Assembly (NCBI RefSeq): GCF_006345805.1
Contig: NC_043000.1
Location: 75,516,001-75,580,000, forward strand
Reading direction: 5' to 3'
DNA length: 64,000 bases
Source: Octopus sinensis
Taxonomy: Eukaryota
In this document: positions 1 to 12,692 of the stretch, one piece after another
How the letters are laid out: each line of letters opens with the position of its first letter
Position numbering within the stretch: position 1 is the first letter of the stretch
The notes under the pieces: model-generated
Seen by the model: the letters and a program-made list of their open reading frames with translations, nothing else
Databases searched by the model: none
What the model was told of the DNA's origin: nothing
Program-made: the position numbers and the translations under genes

Positions 1-2662
1 TTGGTGCATGAGAGAGTTTGATGCAGCTGCCCTCATCATCACCTCCTGCCGCGAAGTTGGTTCATCTGGGACACCTGACAGGAAGAGGTTCAGCTTTATT
101 TTGAAGACACCTACATCCACCCCATGCAGGTCTCTCAGGTCCTTCAGGAGGATATTGAAGGGCTGTGGACCTCTGAAGCCCAGGCTATTGCAGTATCTTG
201 TCCTACATCTTGATGGCAAATTTGGAGTCCTTGGCACTATGCAGTGGTGCCCAGTTCTAGTATTTGTGTAACTCTCAATGCCAAAGTTTGGGACAAGTCC
301 TTCCAGGATCTTCCAGATGTATATTATGGCATATCTTTCTCGCCTATGCTCTAAGGAATAGAGTCTTAATCTCTTGAGTCTTTCCCAATAGCTTAAATGC
401 TGCACAGAGGCTATCTTCTTCATGTAGCTTTGTTGGATTGCCTCAAGTTCTGAGAATAATTTAACACTGGTTGGTGACCATAGCTGAGAGCAATAGTCAA
501 AGTGGCTTAGGATAAGTTTCCTCCAGAGGACCATCATGGTTTTCTAGTCTCTTGTTCTAAAAGTTCTAAGAATCCATCCGGTCAGCTGCCTACATTTCAT
601 TGCCAATTTAGCAACATGCACATGAAAGGTTGCATCATTACTCATGAAAATACCCAGGTCTCGCACTGATTGTGCCTCTGGGATTGCAATCCCTCTAGGT
701 CCAGTGTATTTATTAGGTATTGCATTTAGTTTTGCATGCTGATAGCACAAAGCTTGAAACTTTTCAGCATTGAATTGCATGCTAATCTTTTCAGCCCACT
801 TGTGTATTTCATCCAGCTCACATTGCAGGTGCATAGTGTCTTCAGGGTTCTGTATTATCTGTGAAACTTTTGTATCATCTGCATAACTTGTGATCATGGC
901 TCTCAGTGTGGCTGAGGGTATGTCTGAGAGGGCCATTATGAACAGTAGTAGTCCCAAAACAGTACCATGCGGAACACCACTCACTATTTGCGTGTCATTG
1001 GATTGGCCCCATTGGCTACTACCACCTGACTTCTATCCTTCAGAAAGTCATGAAGCCATTCTCCCAATTCTCCAACTATGCCAAGATCACGCAGTTTGAC
1101 ATAGCATTCCATGATCGACTTTATCAAAAGCCTTTTCAAAGTTGAGATATATCACTTCCACATTTGAGTGGTTGAATAATTGTATCAGCACCCAGTCATA
1201 GTGTTGTAAGAGCTGAGTTAGGCAGCTTCTTTCTGGTCGGAAACCATGTTGGGTGTCAGGAAGCGAGTCATTTTCTTCAAGGAAGGCGATTAGTTTTCTT
1301 CTGACTATTCATTCCATGACCTTGCTGATGTGTGAGGTTTATAGTTCTTGGCTTCCGCTCTGCTACCTCCTTTATGAATAGGGCATATTTTACCCTCCTT
1401 CAGTTTTCTTGGAAATTTGCCAGTTGCAAGGAAGCTCTGAAAGAGGAGCTGCAGTGGTCTTGCTAGGACTTGCTTACATACTTTTAGAAGGATTGCTGGG
1501 AATCAATCAGGGCCAGTAGCTGAGTTTGTTTTCATTTCATCTATAGCCCTTATTACATCGTCTTCCTTTATATTGATGTAATCAATCATCATTACCTCAG
1601 TTTTTATATCTGCAGTGGTAAAGAAGTCAGTTGGATTGCTGACTTGAAAGTGCCCTAGGGGTGGAGTGAAAATACTTTTGAACTGCTCATTTATTATTTC
1701 ACTTACCCTCAGTGGATTTCCTGTGAGTGTATCATCTTTTTCAAGGAGTGGCCCTATCCTTCAGTGCACCGAATCTGTTTCTTTGGCAAACTTGTAGAAA
1801 GTTCTGGGGTTAGATTTTATATTGTCTATAGCCCACGCTTCTTTGTCTGCACTTCCTTTTTTATGGGAGAGTTGCAGACTTTTTTCAATTTCCAGCAGTT
1901 GTATTTTCAGGTGGGACTTTTCACTGCTTCCAGTTTGTTTGTTTAGGCGAATTGAAACTTTTGTACACCATCTCAAGAATTTTCCTCTCCCTGGCGATTT
2001 TGTTCATGTGTACAGTTGCCTTTCTCTCTAGGACACATTTGTAGCATATGGCTTACATTACAGACATGAATTGTTGAAGTTTCATGTCGATGTCTGGTGA
2101 GGAGAGACATTTAGGCCAGTTTTGTTTGAGGATCTCTTTCTCAATTTGTTTCCAGTTTGCCTTATGGAAGTTCAAGCTGGAAAGATTCTGAGAGTTTCTT
2201 GTAGGCTGCATGTCCATGCTTTCCTTTGGCCTGTACATGGTCAGCTCTACCATTTTGTGATCCGAGAGTTGCGTCGGTGTCACTTTCACATTATGGATGA
2301 GATCCATATTATTTGTGAAGCAGAGATCCAGTATGTTACCTGCCCTGGTTGGTTGGAGTACTATTTGTTCCATGTGCAAAGTGTTGATGAAGTTCAGGAG
2401 GGACTTCACCTGTCCTTGTTCACATCGTGTCATTCCTGTGTTGTTCTAATGTGACTAGAACTTCTTCTATTTTTGTAAGGCAGTCTTCAAACTTGCCTAC
2501 ATGACTTAGAGCATCTGGAGGGTGATATGTAGCACATATAACTACACCGAGTTGTCTTATATGTACAATTAGTGTGTCACATACTGAATTTGAGTGTGAC
2601 AAAAGGACCTGGGGTGTGAGGTCTTCGCGGATGTACATAGCAACTCCACCATGACTCCACAT
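1..2662 (-). mobile_element. Degenerate CR1/Jockey-group LINE (AP endonuclease, RT and C-terminus), 5'-truncated, with frameshifts and stops
   Basis: ORF 544-984 has the RT motifs VPHGTVLGLLLF and YADDTK. ORFs 2053-2662 have APE motifs GGVAMYIRE and PTRAGNILDLCFTNN. The element runs off the left edge of the window. Confidence 0.85.
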
Positions 2663-2673
2663 ATATATACATA

Positions 2674-3194
2674 CTGTAAATCCTCAAGTATAATCTGCAT
2701 TTTTTCCCAAAATTTAAAGGTCAAATTCCCTAGTGCTTACTATATACGAGGTTAAAAATGAAAAATATTTTCTAAGCAATATCTGAGTCTCTGTTTGCTG
2801 TCCGGCAATGTTTATTCAGACGCATTTTGTGATGTTGGGCATGAAAATACCTTAAGCTAAGCCTGAAAGCAATGTAGTCTTAAAAGAATCACCCATAACT
2901 TGCAGTAAGCAACATTTATTAAAATAAAAGTATTCAGAACACTGAATAACATATAACAAAAACAATTTGCAAACATATTTACATTCCCATATAACAGTTA
3001 AAAACATCACCATTATTGTATTACGCATGCGTGGAAGTGTTTGTTTGACTAGGTGCTGCTGGCTTAATTACGCACAACTCAAGTTAGAGAAGGAGTGTGT
3101 ATTATACACAAGGTTTAGGCTTTTCAGAGGTACAGCCCCCTAAAAATCCTCTGCATATTATACCCAAGGGTGGGCTATACTCAAGGATTTACGG
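2674..3194. mobile_element. Non-autonomous Tc1/mariner-superfamily (Tc2/pogo-like) MITE
   Basis: Imperfect terminal inverted repeats of about 22 bp (ctgtaaatcctcaagtataatc / ggctatactcaaggatttacgg), each flanked by TA. Confidence 0.65.
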
Positions 3195-3272
3195 TATCAT
3201 CATGCATATATATATATATACATATACATACACACACACACATACATATATACACCCATGGACATATACATA

Positions 3273-3645
3273 TTCTTTTACTCTTTTACTTGTTTCAGTC
3301 ATTTGACTGTGGCCATGCTGGAGCACTGCCTTTAGTCAAACAAATCGACCCCAGGATTTATTCTTTGTAAGCCTAGTACTTATTATATTGGTCTCTTTTG
3401 CCGAACTGCTAAGTTACGGGAATGTAAACACACCACCATCGTTTGTCAAGCGATGTTGGGGGGACAAACACAGACACACAAACATATACACGCACATACA
3501 CACACACATATATATATATACATATATACGACGGGCTTCTTTCAGTTTCCGTCTACCAAATCCACTCACAAGGTGCCACGCAGTGGGACTGAACCCGGAA
3601 CTATGTGGTTCATAAGCAAGCTACTTACCAGTCACTCCTATGCCT
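3273..3645 (-). mobile_element. tRNA-derived SINE (octopus OR-type) with an internal (CA/TA)n tract
   Basis: Minus strand has a tRNA-like head with B box GGTTCAGTCC and a 3' tail ...TGACTGAAACAAGTAAAAGAGTAAAAGA. The same family recurs at 23677, 52588 and 57350. Confidence 0.8.
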
Positions 3646-3781
3646 AAATGTCTACATATACACATCCACATCCACACACACATACATATATCCACACACA
3701 CACACACACATATATGAAAAAATTAAATATACATATATACACAATCATCCCCACACATATGCATACAAACATTCACACATA

Positions 3782-3815
<34 letters not shown>

Positions 3816-3874
3816 TAGATAGATAGATAGATAAATAAATGGAGTTAAATGCAGGTGTTATTGAAATCTTTACA

Positions 3875-3963
3875 CTTCCGACATTATGTTTCGAAGAAAA
3901 CATTGGTATCATTCCAGAAGGAATAAAATGAAGTAAAACAATGCAATCTTCTCATCAGGCAAA
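3875..3963 (-). ncRNA. Type-I hammerhead ribozyme motif (PLE-type)
   Basis: Minus strand reads CTGATGA, then stem II (GAAGA..CATTG / CAATG..TCTTC), then GAA, stem III ACA-TAA-TGT, and C17 followed by GGAAG. The catalytic core is intact; stem I has a G-G mismatch. Confidence 0.65.
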
Positions 3964-4026
3964 ATAAGAGAAAGAAAACGCATCATTTTTGGTTAAGATA
4001 TCTTATTGATGCATTTTGTTCCTCTT

Positions 4027-4112
4027 TTTTCCCTGCTGAAAATATTGCATTGTTTTACATAATTTTATTCCTTCTGGAATAATACCAATGTTTTTTTGAA
4101 ATGTGTCGGAAG
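4027..4112 (+). ncRNA. Degenerate hammerhead ribozyme motif (mirror copy)
   Basis: ttcc-CTGCTGA-...-GAAATGTGTC-ggaa. Stem I (ttcc/ggaa) is intact, but the core has A6>C and stem III is mutated. Confidence 0.5.
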
Positions 4113-4559
4113 ATTTGAATAACACCTGTGTTTAACTCCATTTATTTATTTATCTATGTTTAACTAAAACATTTCACCAAAACCTGGAGTTTCTACATTT
4201 ATATGTAGGCTGTAAATTTTTGCTACCCTGGTAACTATTTATTTATTTTTTCCGTGTTATTTGTAGACATTGAAAAAATACACATACATTTATATATATA
4301 CACACACACATCAATAAGTTCCTATTTATATGCTCACATCTTTAGAATGGGGAAATATTAATTAAGTTCTATTTATAATTTTAATTATAATTATAAGTGT
4401 TATTAATTTACTTTACAATAGTTAAAGATATCTATTACGAGATATCGATATGACAGCCTATTAATTATAACTATAATGAAAAAAATCATTTATATCTAGT
4501 AAATACATATTTGTTTTTATGTAGGCAAGAAATATTTTTTTCATCTCTTGGAAATAATT

Positions 4560-5450
4560 TCTCATTCAAACAAAAAGGCACTTCTTATTACTTATATGTA
4601 ATTAGATGCAGTCACCAAGACATCCCATTTGAAATTAAAATTAATTTTTTTATCTTTAAGTTACCAAATGAATTTACTTAGACCCGTTGAATTCCGTCTT
4701 TTCCTATTCCGAAATGTAAATAAATGTTTTGAAAGATGCTTCTTCATTTCATTTTTAGGTGATCCAATATAAATATATTTATCATTAATTTCTGTGGTAA
4801 CTTTACATTGATATACTACATTTTTTAATTTACATAAATTTTTAACCATACAGCTATCTATATTTTTATAATCACATGTTTTATAAGAATAATTATTTAT
4901 ATATGTTGAGGAAGAGGCTTTAGATGTAACTGGTTTCTGATCATTCTTATTAATATTATGTTTATTAATGAAATACCTAGTAGTATTACTACTAATATCT
5001 TCTACATTGGCCCTGGCAATGGGAGTTATTATTAACACAATCTCTAATCAAATAAATCTAATTTTTCATTATTTATAGAAGCTATAATAGTTACTAAGTT
5101 ATGAGTTAAACTATATCCTATCTTTATTCTTTTATTGTAATTAATTTCATAATACTTATTATTTATATTGAAATGCTTATTAATTAGCCTATAAATGCAT
5201 TTCCCCAAATTAGTTTTATTTCCATGGCATATGGGATTATAAGCCAAAATACCTTATTAGTATCTACTTTATTATTGTTGAAACTACTAAAATTATTTTT
5301 ATTCATTAAGTAGACATTATTTTTAATTCTATTCAGTTTCTTTATATATCTATGATTTTTATTATTATCATTAGTTTTTATATTATTATTCCTATTATCA
5401 AATTTACTGATTTTATTTCTGTGTGTGTCTCTCTCTCTTTCGATTACCAT
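4560..5450 (-). mobile_element. Penelope-like element remnant: post-RT linker and C-terminal GIY-YIG endonuclease
   Basis: CMVKNLCKLKNVVYQC...YIYIGS...STGLSKFIW (ORF 4661-5038). The upstream fragments VFWLIIPY and LINKHF...IKIGYS resemble the PLE linker. Confidence 0.75.
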
Positions 5451-6435
5451 TCACCTCGCCAAAACTTCCTCCACCACCACCACCACCACCACCACTCTAT
5501 ATAAACTAGCGCACACACTCTGACTCCCCTACTTGATTTCAATACCTCGGCCGAAGAATACCAATCCCAGAAGATGCTCAGATAAGAAGTTTTGTCTTTT
5601 CAACCTTGTTCATCTACTCTTCTATTTCTGCGCAGATCATAAACCCCTTATTAGTTCTTTTCATTATTCTGTCTATTTCATTACCATGTCACCATGTAAA
5701 TATAGTTTCAATAGTTTCATCTTCCTTGTTGTTGCCTTAAGAGAACCTTAGTTCACACATTTTCTTAATCACAATATATTCATTCATTCATCTATTAAAG
5801 TTTATCACACAGTCACTTATTTCTCTAATTTTGTCTTATATTGGCTCTCAGATTTTTCAATTCTATTTTACTATTATCAACATTTGCTGTCTCATTAAAT
5901 TAATTATGCTGCACAAATCCCAAAAGAATATTTTTCTCCCCCTGTGTTTCTGTTCACTACCCGCCTCTCTCTGTTTGTCTGTCTCTCTCTTGGCCTCACT
6001 CTGTCTGTTTGTCTCTCTCTTTCGATTACCACTCGCCTCGCCAAGACTTCCTCCACCACCATCACCACCACTCTATATAAACTAGTGCATGCACTCTGAC
6101 TCCCCTACTTGATTTCAATACCTCGGCCGAAGAATACCAATCCCAGAAGATGCTCAGATAAGAAGATTTGTCTTTTCAACCTCGTTCATCTACTCTTCTA
6201 TTTCTGCGCAGATCATAAACCCCTTATTAGTTCTTTTCATTATTCTGTCTATTTCAGAACCCTGCCATCATGTAAATATAGTTTCAATAGTTTCATCTTC
6301 CTTGTTGTTGCCTTAAGATAACCTTAGTTCCACTACCACCACCACCACCCTATATAAACTAGCGCATGTACATGGATTCCCCTACTCAATTTTTAATACC
6401 TTGCTGAAAGAATACGTATCCAGAAGATGCTCTTG
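5420..6435. repeat. Direct repeat: two copies of a unit of about 350 bp (about 5420-5770 and 6000-6330) plus a partial third copy
   Basis: ORFs 5533-5751 and 6109-6321 are nearly identical. The (CCA)n-tatataaactagc motif occurs three times. Confidence 0.85.
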
Positions 6436-6559
6436 TCTAAATTTGTTAGTTCGCAGTACGCTCTCCCTCCCACCCATCCACCTGAACCGGAAGTCCCTAT
6501 CCTTTGTCATCCTTTGGTTGTCTCCCATGAACACTTCTAAAGGCTTTACACCATCCCCA

Positions 6560-9500
6560 CCCCTACTTAGGGTTTATCTACTATGTAAGATAGTGACAAT
6601 ATAGTGCAAAAATATGAAAGGGTAGTGTTATGCAGGTTGAACTTAAGGCTATTGTTTGTTTTATGAATTCTGCCAAATGCGAGCTCTCTTTTCAGGTACA
6701 TGATGCTGCTGGCTCCTGTCCCAGGGTCTCAAGGGCCCATACCTCCCACACCCTCATGGTTGGCACTCTTAACGTCAGCACACTGAAAGGTAGGTCTGGT
6801 GAGATTGTTGAAATGCTTGAACGGGGTTGTGTCGATATGTACTGCATCCAAGAAGGTGGAGAGGAGGTTCTGCTAGGTTCCTCACAGGCAAAGAACACTG
6901 ATGGGGTTGGGGGCGTGGGTATACTTCTTGCGGAGAAATGGGTCGATAAGGTAATCAAGGTAGTCAGAGTATGCGACAGAATACTTATGATTAGATTAGT
7001 ACTTCATCATGGATTAGTTACCATTATCTCGGCAACAAGGAAGAAACCAGGCTGCTGGAGTTCTGCAATGCAAATGATCTTATGGTTTGCAACACTAACT
7101 TCAGAAAACATGCCAGTCACCTAGTCACCTACCGTTCTGGCAGACACACTAACCAAATTGACTACATCCTCACCAGAAAAAGGGAAAGATGGCTGCTTAT
7201 AAATGCCAAAACCTTCCCAGGCGAACAATGTACCCCACAACATAGACTGGTAGTTAGTGATTTCAGGATCAGGGCTAAGTGGATGCCCAGAAGATGACCA
7301 GCATGAAGGAGAAGGGTCTGGAAGCTTAAAGATCCTGCGAATGGACAGAGATTTAGCGACATATTACTTGAAGCCTTTGATGAAATAGAAGGGGATATAG
7401 CTTCACACGATGTAAGACAACTGGAGGTTTCTATGGGACAATCTGCTGAGGGCCACTGACCAGATCTGTGGATGGTACAAAGTCCCCTCTTGACCCAAAA
7501 TAATGTGGTGGTGGAACAATGTTGTTGACAGGGCTATCAGAGAAAAGAAACAGGCTTGAAAGGACTGGAAGAACGGTGGTAGCAAGGAATTGTATCAGAC
7601 TGCCAGAAGGGAAGCTAGGAGACAGGTTTACTTAGCCAGAGGGGAAGCGGATAAGAAAAAATTTGCCAATGTTATGTGCCATGAGGACCAAAGACTTGAG
7701 ATATTTCGTGTTGCAAGACAGTGTGTGAGAGAGAATCATGATGTTGTAGGAGAGAAATGTGTCCGCATGGATGATGGTTCTTTTGCACTAAATGAGGATG
7801 CAAAGAGAGAGGTTTGGAGACGCCACTATGAAAGGTTGCTCAATAAAGAAAAATGAATGGGATAAAGAGAGTCTGTCGAATGTTGTGACCCAACAAGCGG
7901 GACCAGCTATCCGAGTTGACAGTACCTTGGTAGATAAAGCAATCAAGAGTATGAAGACAGGGAAAGCCCTCGGCCCATCAGGAATGACTGCAGAGATGCT
8001 CAAAATATCTAGCAGTGTCGGCTATAGCCTAGTCACCTGTATAGTTAGCCAGGTAATACACGAAGGAATCATACCCAATGACTAGTGTAGCAACATAATA
8101 GTCAACTGCTACAAAGGTAAAGGTGCTGCTTTAGATACAAATAATTACAGAGGTATCAAGTTGTTGGATCAGGTAATGAAGGTCATAGAGAGGTCATAGC
8201 CCAACTAATTAAATAGAGAGTCAGTTTAGATGAGATGCAGTTTGGGTTCATGCCAGGGAAAAGCACCACTGATGCTATATTTCTGGTTAGACAGCTGCAG
8301 GAGAAATACCTAGCCAAAGATAAACCTCTGTGCCTGGCTTTCGTTGACATGGAGAAAGCCTTTGATATGGTCCCCCGATCCCTTATCTGGTGGTCAATGA
8401 GGAAACTAGAGATAGATGAATGGTTAGTAAGGGCTGTGCAAGCCATGTACAGGGACGCTGTCAGTAAGGTGAGGGTTGGCAACGTGTACAGTGAAGAATT
8501 CTGGGTAAATTTAGGGGTCCACCAAGGTTCAGTCCTCGGCCCCCTCCTATTTATCATAGTCCTCCAGGCAATAACAGGAATGCAAGACAGGATGCCCCTG
8601 GGGGTTCCTATATGCTGATGACCTTGCTCTAATTGCTGAGTCACTATCAGAACTAGAGGAGAAGTTTCAGGTATGGAAACAAGGATTAGAATCGAAGGGC
8701 CTAGCTAAAACCAAAGTCCTAATAAGTAGGAAGGCAGGCAAACCACAAATCCCTTCAGGTAGATGGCCTTGCTCGATCTGTAGAAAAGGCGTAGGTACAA
8801 ACTCTATAAGATGTACCCAGTGTAAGCTATGGACACATAAGAGGTGAAGCAATATCAAAGGAAGGCTAACTGGGAAGATAGATTTTGTATGTGGTAGATG
8901 CTCTGGAGCAACAAACACTGAAAATGTGCAGAAAACAACTTCCACCACATTCCAGGGAGAAAAATTAGAAGTAGTTGATAACTTCCATTACCTAGGTGAC
9001 CAAGTCAGTAGCCGGGGAGGGTGCGCTGAAAGTGTAGCTGCTAGAATAAGAATAACCCGGGTAAAGTTCAGAGAGTTCTTACCTCTGCTGATGACAAAGG
9101 GCCTCTAGTTCAGAGTAAAAGGCAGACTGTATGACGCATGTGTGCGAAGAGCCATGATACATAGCAGTTAAACATGACCGTGACTGCTGAGGATATGAGG
9201 ATATGTGTAAGCTCGCAAGAAATGAAGCCAGTATGCTCTGATGGATGTGTAATGTCAGTGTGCATACTCGACAGAGTGTAAGTACCTTGAGAGAAAAGTT
9301 GGACCTAAGAAGCATCAGATGTGGTGTGCAAGAGAAACGACTGCACTGGTATGGGCATGTGACGAGAATGGATGGGGATAGCTGTGTGAAAATGTGTCAC
9401 ACCCTAGCGGTTGAGGGAACCTGTGGATGAAGTAGACCCAGGAAAACCTGGGATGAGGTGGTGTAACATGACCTTCGAACATTAGGCCTCACGAAGGCAA

Positions 9501-9762
9501 TGACTAGTGATTGAGATTTTTGGAAATATTCTGTGCTTGAGAAGACCCAGCAAGCCAAGTGAGACCATAACTTTGTGGCCTATGCCAGGGGTGTAACCAG
9601 TCCACTTATGTGTACTTTTTCTTCATTGGACACTAAACTCTGCTTGCAAAGACCTGTTGAGGTAAGTGAAATTAAAAATTGAAATTGAAATCAAATTCGA
9701 TGAATGGCATCCGTGCTAGTGGAGTGCTAAAAGCATGATTCAAGTGTGATCATTGCCAGAGA
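6560..9762 (+). mobile_element. Degenerate RTE-clade LINE with a truncated 3' tail
   Basis: APE motifs GTLNVSTLKGR and NQIDYILT; RT motifs QFGFMPGKSTTDAIF, GVHQGSVLGPLLF and tatgctgatgac (YADD). Multiple frameshifts. Confidence 0.9.
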
Positions 9763-9764
9763 TT

Positions 9765-10420
9765 TATTAGGACAGAGTAATCTAACCTTTGTATCTATAT
9801 GAAAATTCTCCTTATGCTCCTTAATTGCAATCAGTGGTCTACTGGGTAATAATGGTTCTGTTTTATCATTTATATTATAATTTTCCATAATTTTTTTAGC
9901 CTCTATGTTAATCTGTCAAAGGGTACTATTAGGAACTACCTTGTATTTTTTTGTAATTTCTTTGTACAATAATTTATGGTATAAATTAATATCCATGTTA
10001 TATAAATTCCTTGTTTTATCTGAATTAACAATAACTCCTTTTATATTTTTCAGTTCATGTGTTAACTTTTTTAGCTTCCTTTGGTGTCGGTTGTTCTGCA
10101 ATGGGTGTTTCTTAAATGTTCCTAGGGGGTTATTATGTAATGGCGTCTTCCTGGTTTTAAATATTCAAGCGGTAAATTCCATGTTAATATCCTTATTGCT
10201 ATTAGTGGTATCAATTTGGTCTTTATCATAATAAAAAGTTCTCCATCTTAGTCTATGTGTGAAGTCTGTTATTTTGGCAATCAGCTCTTTCATATAAACG
10301 TTTTTTGGTGGTATTGGTATGTCTTTCAGATGTGTCAAGTGTTATGTTTTCCATTATCCAGTATTATTCCATTTAAGAAAGATATATTTATAATTGTTCA
10401 ATTTATTGTTTTGTTTTTCC
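9765..10420 (-). mobile_element. Penelope-like element remnant: N-terminus and start of the RT
   Basis: ORF 9916-10101 contains VIVNSDKTRNLYNMD...YHKLLYKEITKKYK. Downstream IAIKEHKENF...VRLLCP matches the PLE motif TLKDHKENF..RLINP. Confidence 0.7.
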
Positions 10421-10565
10421 ATTTCTGATTTATATTTATGCATTAATAAACTGTATATTTTTATTTACCTATTGGAGTGACACTGTTACTGATATAGGTA
10501 ATATAAACCAGTAAATTCTTCAGATATTTAATATCCCTTAGGTGTATTTTACACCTAAACTGTGT

Positions 10566-10596
<31 letters not shown>

Positions 10597-10649
10597 ATTT
10601 AATAAAAAATAAAGTAAAATGTATGGTTACTCACCAATAATGAATGATA

Positions 10650-12480
10650 TTGATTTAAAATGATGATGATGAAACTAACGAAGGTAATGATTGCACAGCA
10701 AAGAAGGTTTAAAGCTCTTTAGATGACACATCTTCTTCAGGTGTTTTAGGGGATGTTGTATCTTTGTGCAAGGCTTTCTTGGTGGGCTTGAGGAACATTG
10801 TGATGGGAAGTTGCTTCATGGTGGTGTGGAGAGTTTGATATGTCTGCATGGCAGCATTGATAGCGTTTTTAAATTGGAGAGACTGAACCATATAGGGATC
10901 CTATGCTTCTACCTTCCCTTGCAATTCCTTTGCTATCCTTAAAAGGTCAGACAGACATTCGATTGCCAGGCCCACTCATCCTCCTCTTCTTCTGGATCTG
11001 GCACTCCTTCCTCCTCTTCACTGGCGAGCTTTGTCAACTCCAACAAATCTTCATCTATCAGGGTTTCAGAGTGGGCATTGATGAGGTCATTGACCTCATC
11101 TTGGGTGTAGTTGTCAAAACCTTTGACCTTTGCCACCAAGTACCTTTGCCAGTTTCACCACATTGTTGACAGCCTTGTGCTGAATATCTTCAAGTGAGAA
11201 GCCCTCATAGTCCTGGACACACTCTGGCCATATCTTCTTCCAGCATGTGATGAAGGTTTCTTTTTAAGAGCAATGTGGATGATTGACAGGCACATTGAGA
11301 TTGTGAAGTTATGCCAGTACTCCTTTAACTTGAAATTTTCATCTGAATTCATTGCGTCCACAAGGTGTTGGAGAGTTCTGAGTGTAAAGTGCCTTGAAAG
11401 CATGGATCACACCTTGATCTATAGGCTGGAACTCAACTTGGACTCCGTTGTGATTGAATCCAAAGAGTGACTACCAATATTATCCATAACAAGTATCACC
11501 TTGAATTCCACGCATATGTTTTGGCTTGAGGGATGAAGCATTGGTGGAACCAAATCAAAGTTAGACTTTTGGTAATCCAGGCCTTGGGGTTGTGCACCCA
11601 GTGGAGAGACAGCTGGTTTTTATTCTTATTTTCAAAGGCCTTCAGGTTTGCGGACTTGTAGATAAATCTTGGTTTCATCATAAAGCCAGCAGCATTACCA
11701 CACATAATTAGCATTACTCTGTCCTTCTGTGCCTTAAATCATGGGGCTCTGGCTTTGTATTTCATGGTGTACATTCTGGAAGGCATCTTCTTCCAGAAGA
11801 AGCCAGTCTTGTCCATATTGAAAACCTGTTCTGGCTTGTTTCCCTTGTCCTTGATGATCTTCCTGAAGGTTTCGTGGTACTTCTCAGTGGCATCTTTGTT
11901 GGCTGCTGCTGTCTCTCCATGCAAGAAAACACTTCATTTTAAACTGTTTCTAGAAATGGTCAAACCATCACTTGCTGGCTTGAAAATCTTCAGGCTCCCG
12001 TGCTGTCAATGGTCTTGGATGTGGTTTTTAGTCAGTGCCTTCTGCTCTGTCTCCTCTGTTGAACTGCTGGTATAATTTCAATTCTTTCTTGCAAATGATG
12101 ATACCACTCAAGGGAATGTTTTACTTCTTGCAGTCGCCGATCCACAATGCCAAATCAGATTCCATCCTGTCGAAGTGCTTATTTCTCACTATCATTATCT
12201 TTCTGGCTCTTTCACAGAAACTTACTGCTACAGTAGTCCTGATCGCCACCTCATTCTTCTTCATATAGTGTATGGTGCTTTTGTTGATAACATAATAGGA
12301 ACCTACTGTAGCATAACTTTCATCTTCCCGGAACATATCTAGCAGTTGTACCTTCTCATGGAGCATCATAATCTTTTTCTGGCACTTGGATTCACCGCCA
12401 GAAGCCTTAGATGTTAGGGGGTTGGGGCAGCATCTTATGGCTTTAATAACATGCTGTGAAAAACACAGCACTCAAAAAAA
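10650..12480 (-). mobile_element. Degenerate Tigger/pogo-family transposon (HTH_psq, CENP-B HTH, DDE_1)
   Basis: KKIMMLHEKVQLLDM; GETAAANKDATEKY...QVFNMDKTGFFWKKMPSR; MCGNAAGFMMKP. Confidence 0.85.
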
Positions 12481-12692
12481 TACTTGGGGTTGTGCATCCA
12501 GTGGACAGGCAGCTGGTTTTTATTCTTGTTTTCAAAGGCCCTTGGGTTCGCAGACTTGTAGATAAATCCTGGTTTCATAATGAAGCCAGCAGCATTACTA
12601 CACATAATTAGCGTTACTCTGTCCTTCTGTGCCTTAAATCGTGGGGCTCTGGCTTTGTCCTTCATGGTGTACATTCTGGAATGTACACCATG
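12480..12692 (-). repeat. Duplicated fragment of the Tigger DDE region, lying upstream of the transposase start
   Basis: Near-identical to about 11585-11785 (KARAP..KAQKDRVTLIMC.NAAGF.MKP). Confidence 0.85.

Larger units (their letters stand above)
3826..4157. repeat. Fold-back palindrome of about 330 bp (arms about 155 bp, spacer about 20 bp)
   Basis: The left arm ataaatggagttaaatgcaggtgttatt...aacgcatca is the reverse complement of the right arm tgatgcattt...aataacacctgtgtttaactccatttat, apart from scattered substitutions. Confidence 0.9.

Noticed and set aside
10470-10545. Minus-strand CTGAAGA upstream of the PLE N-terminus as a hammerhead
   Set aside because: No GAAA box in the right register after the candidate stem.
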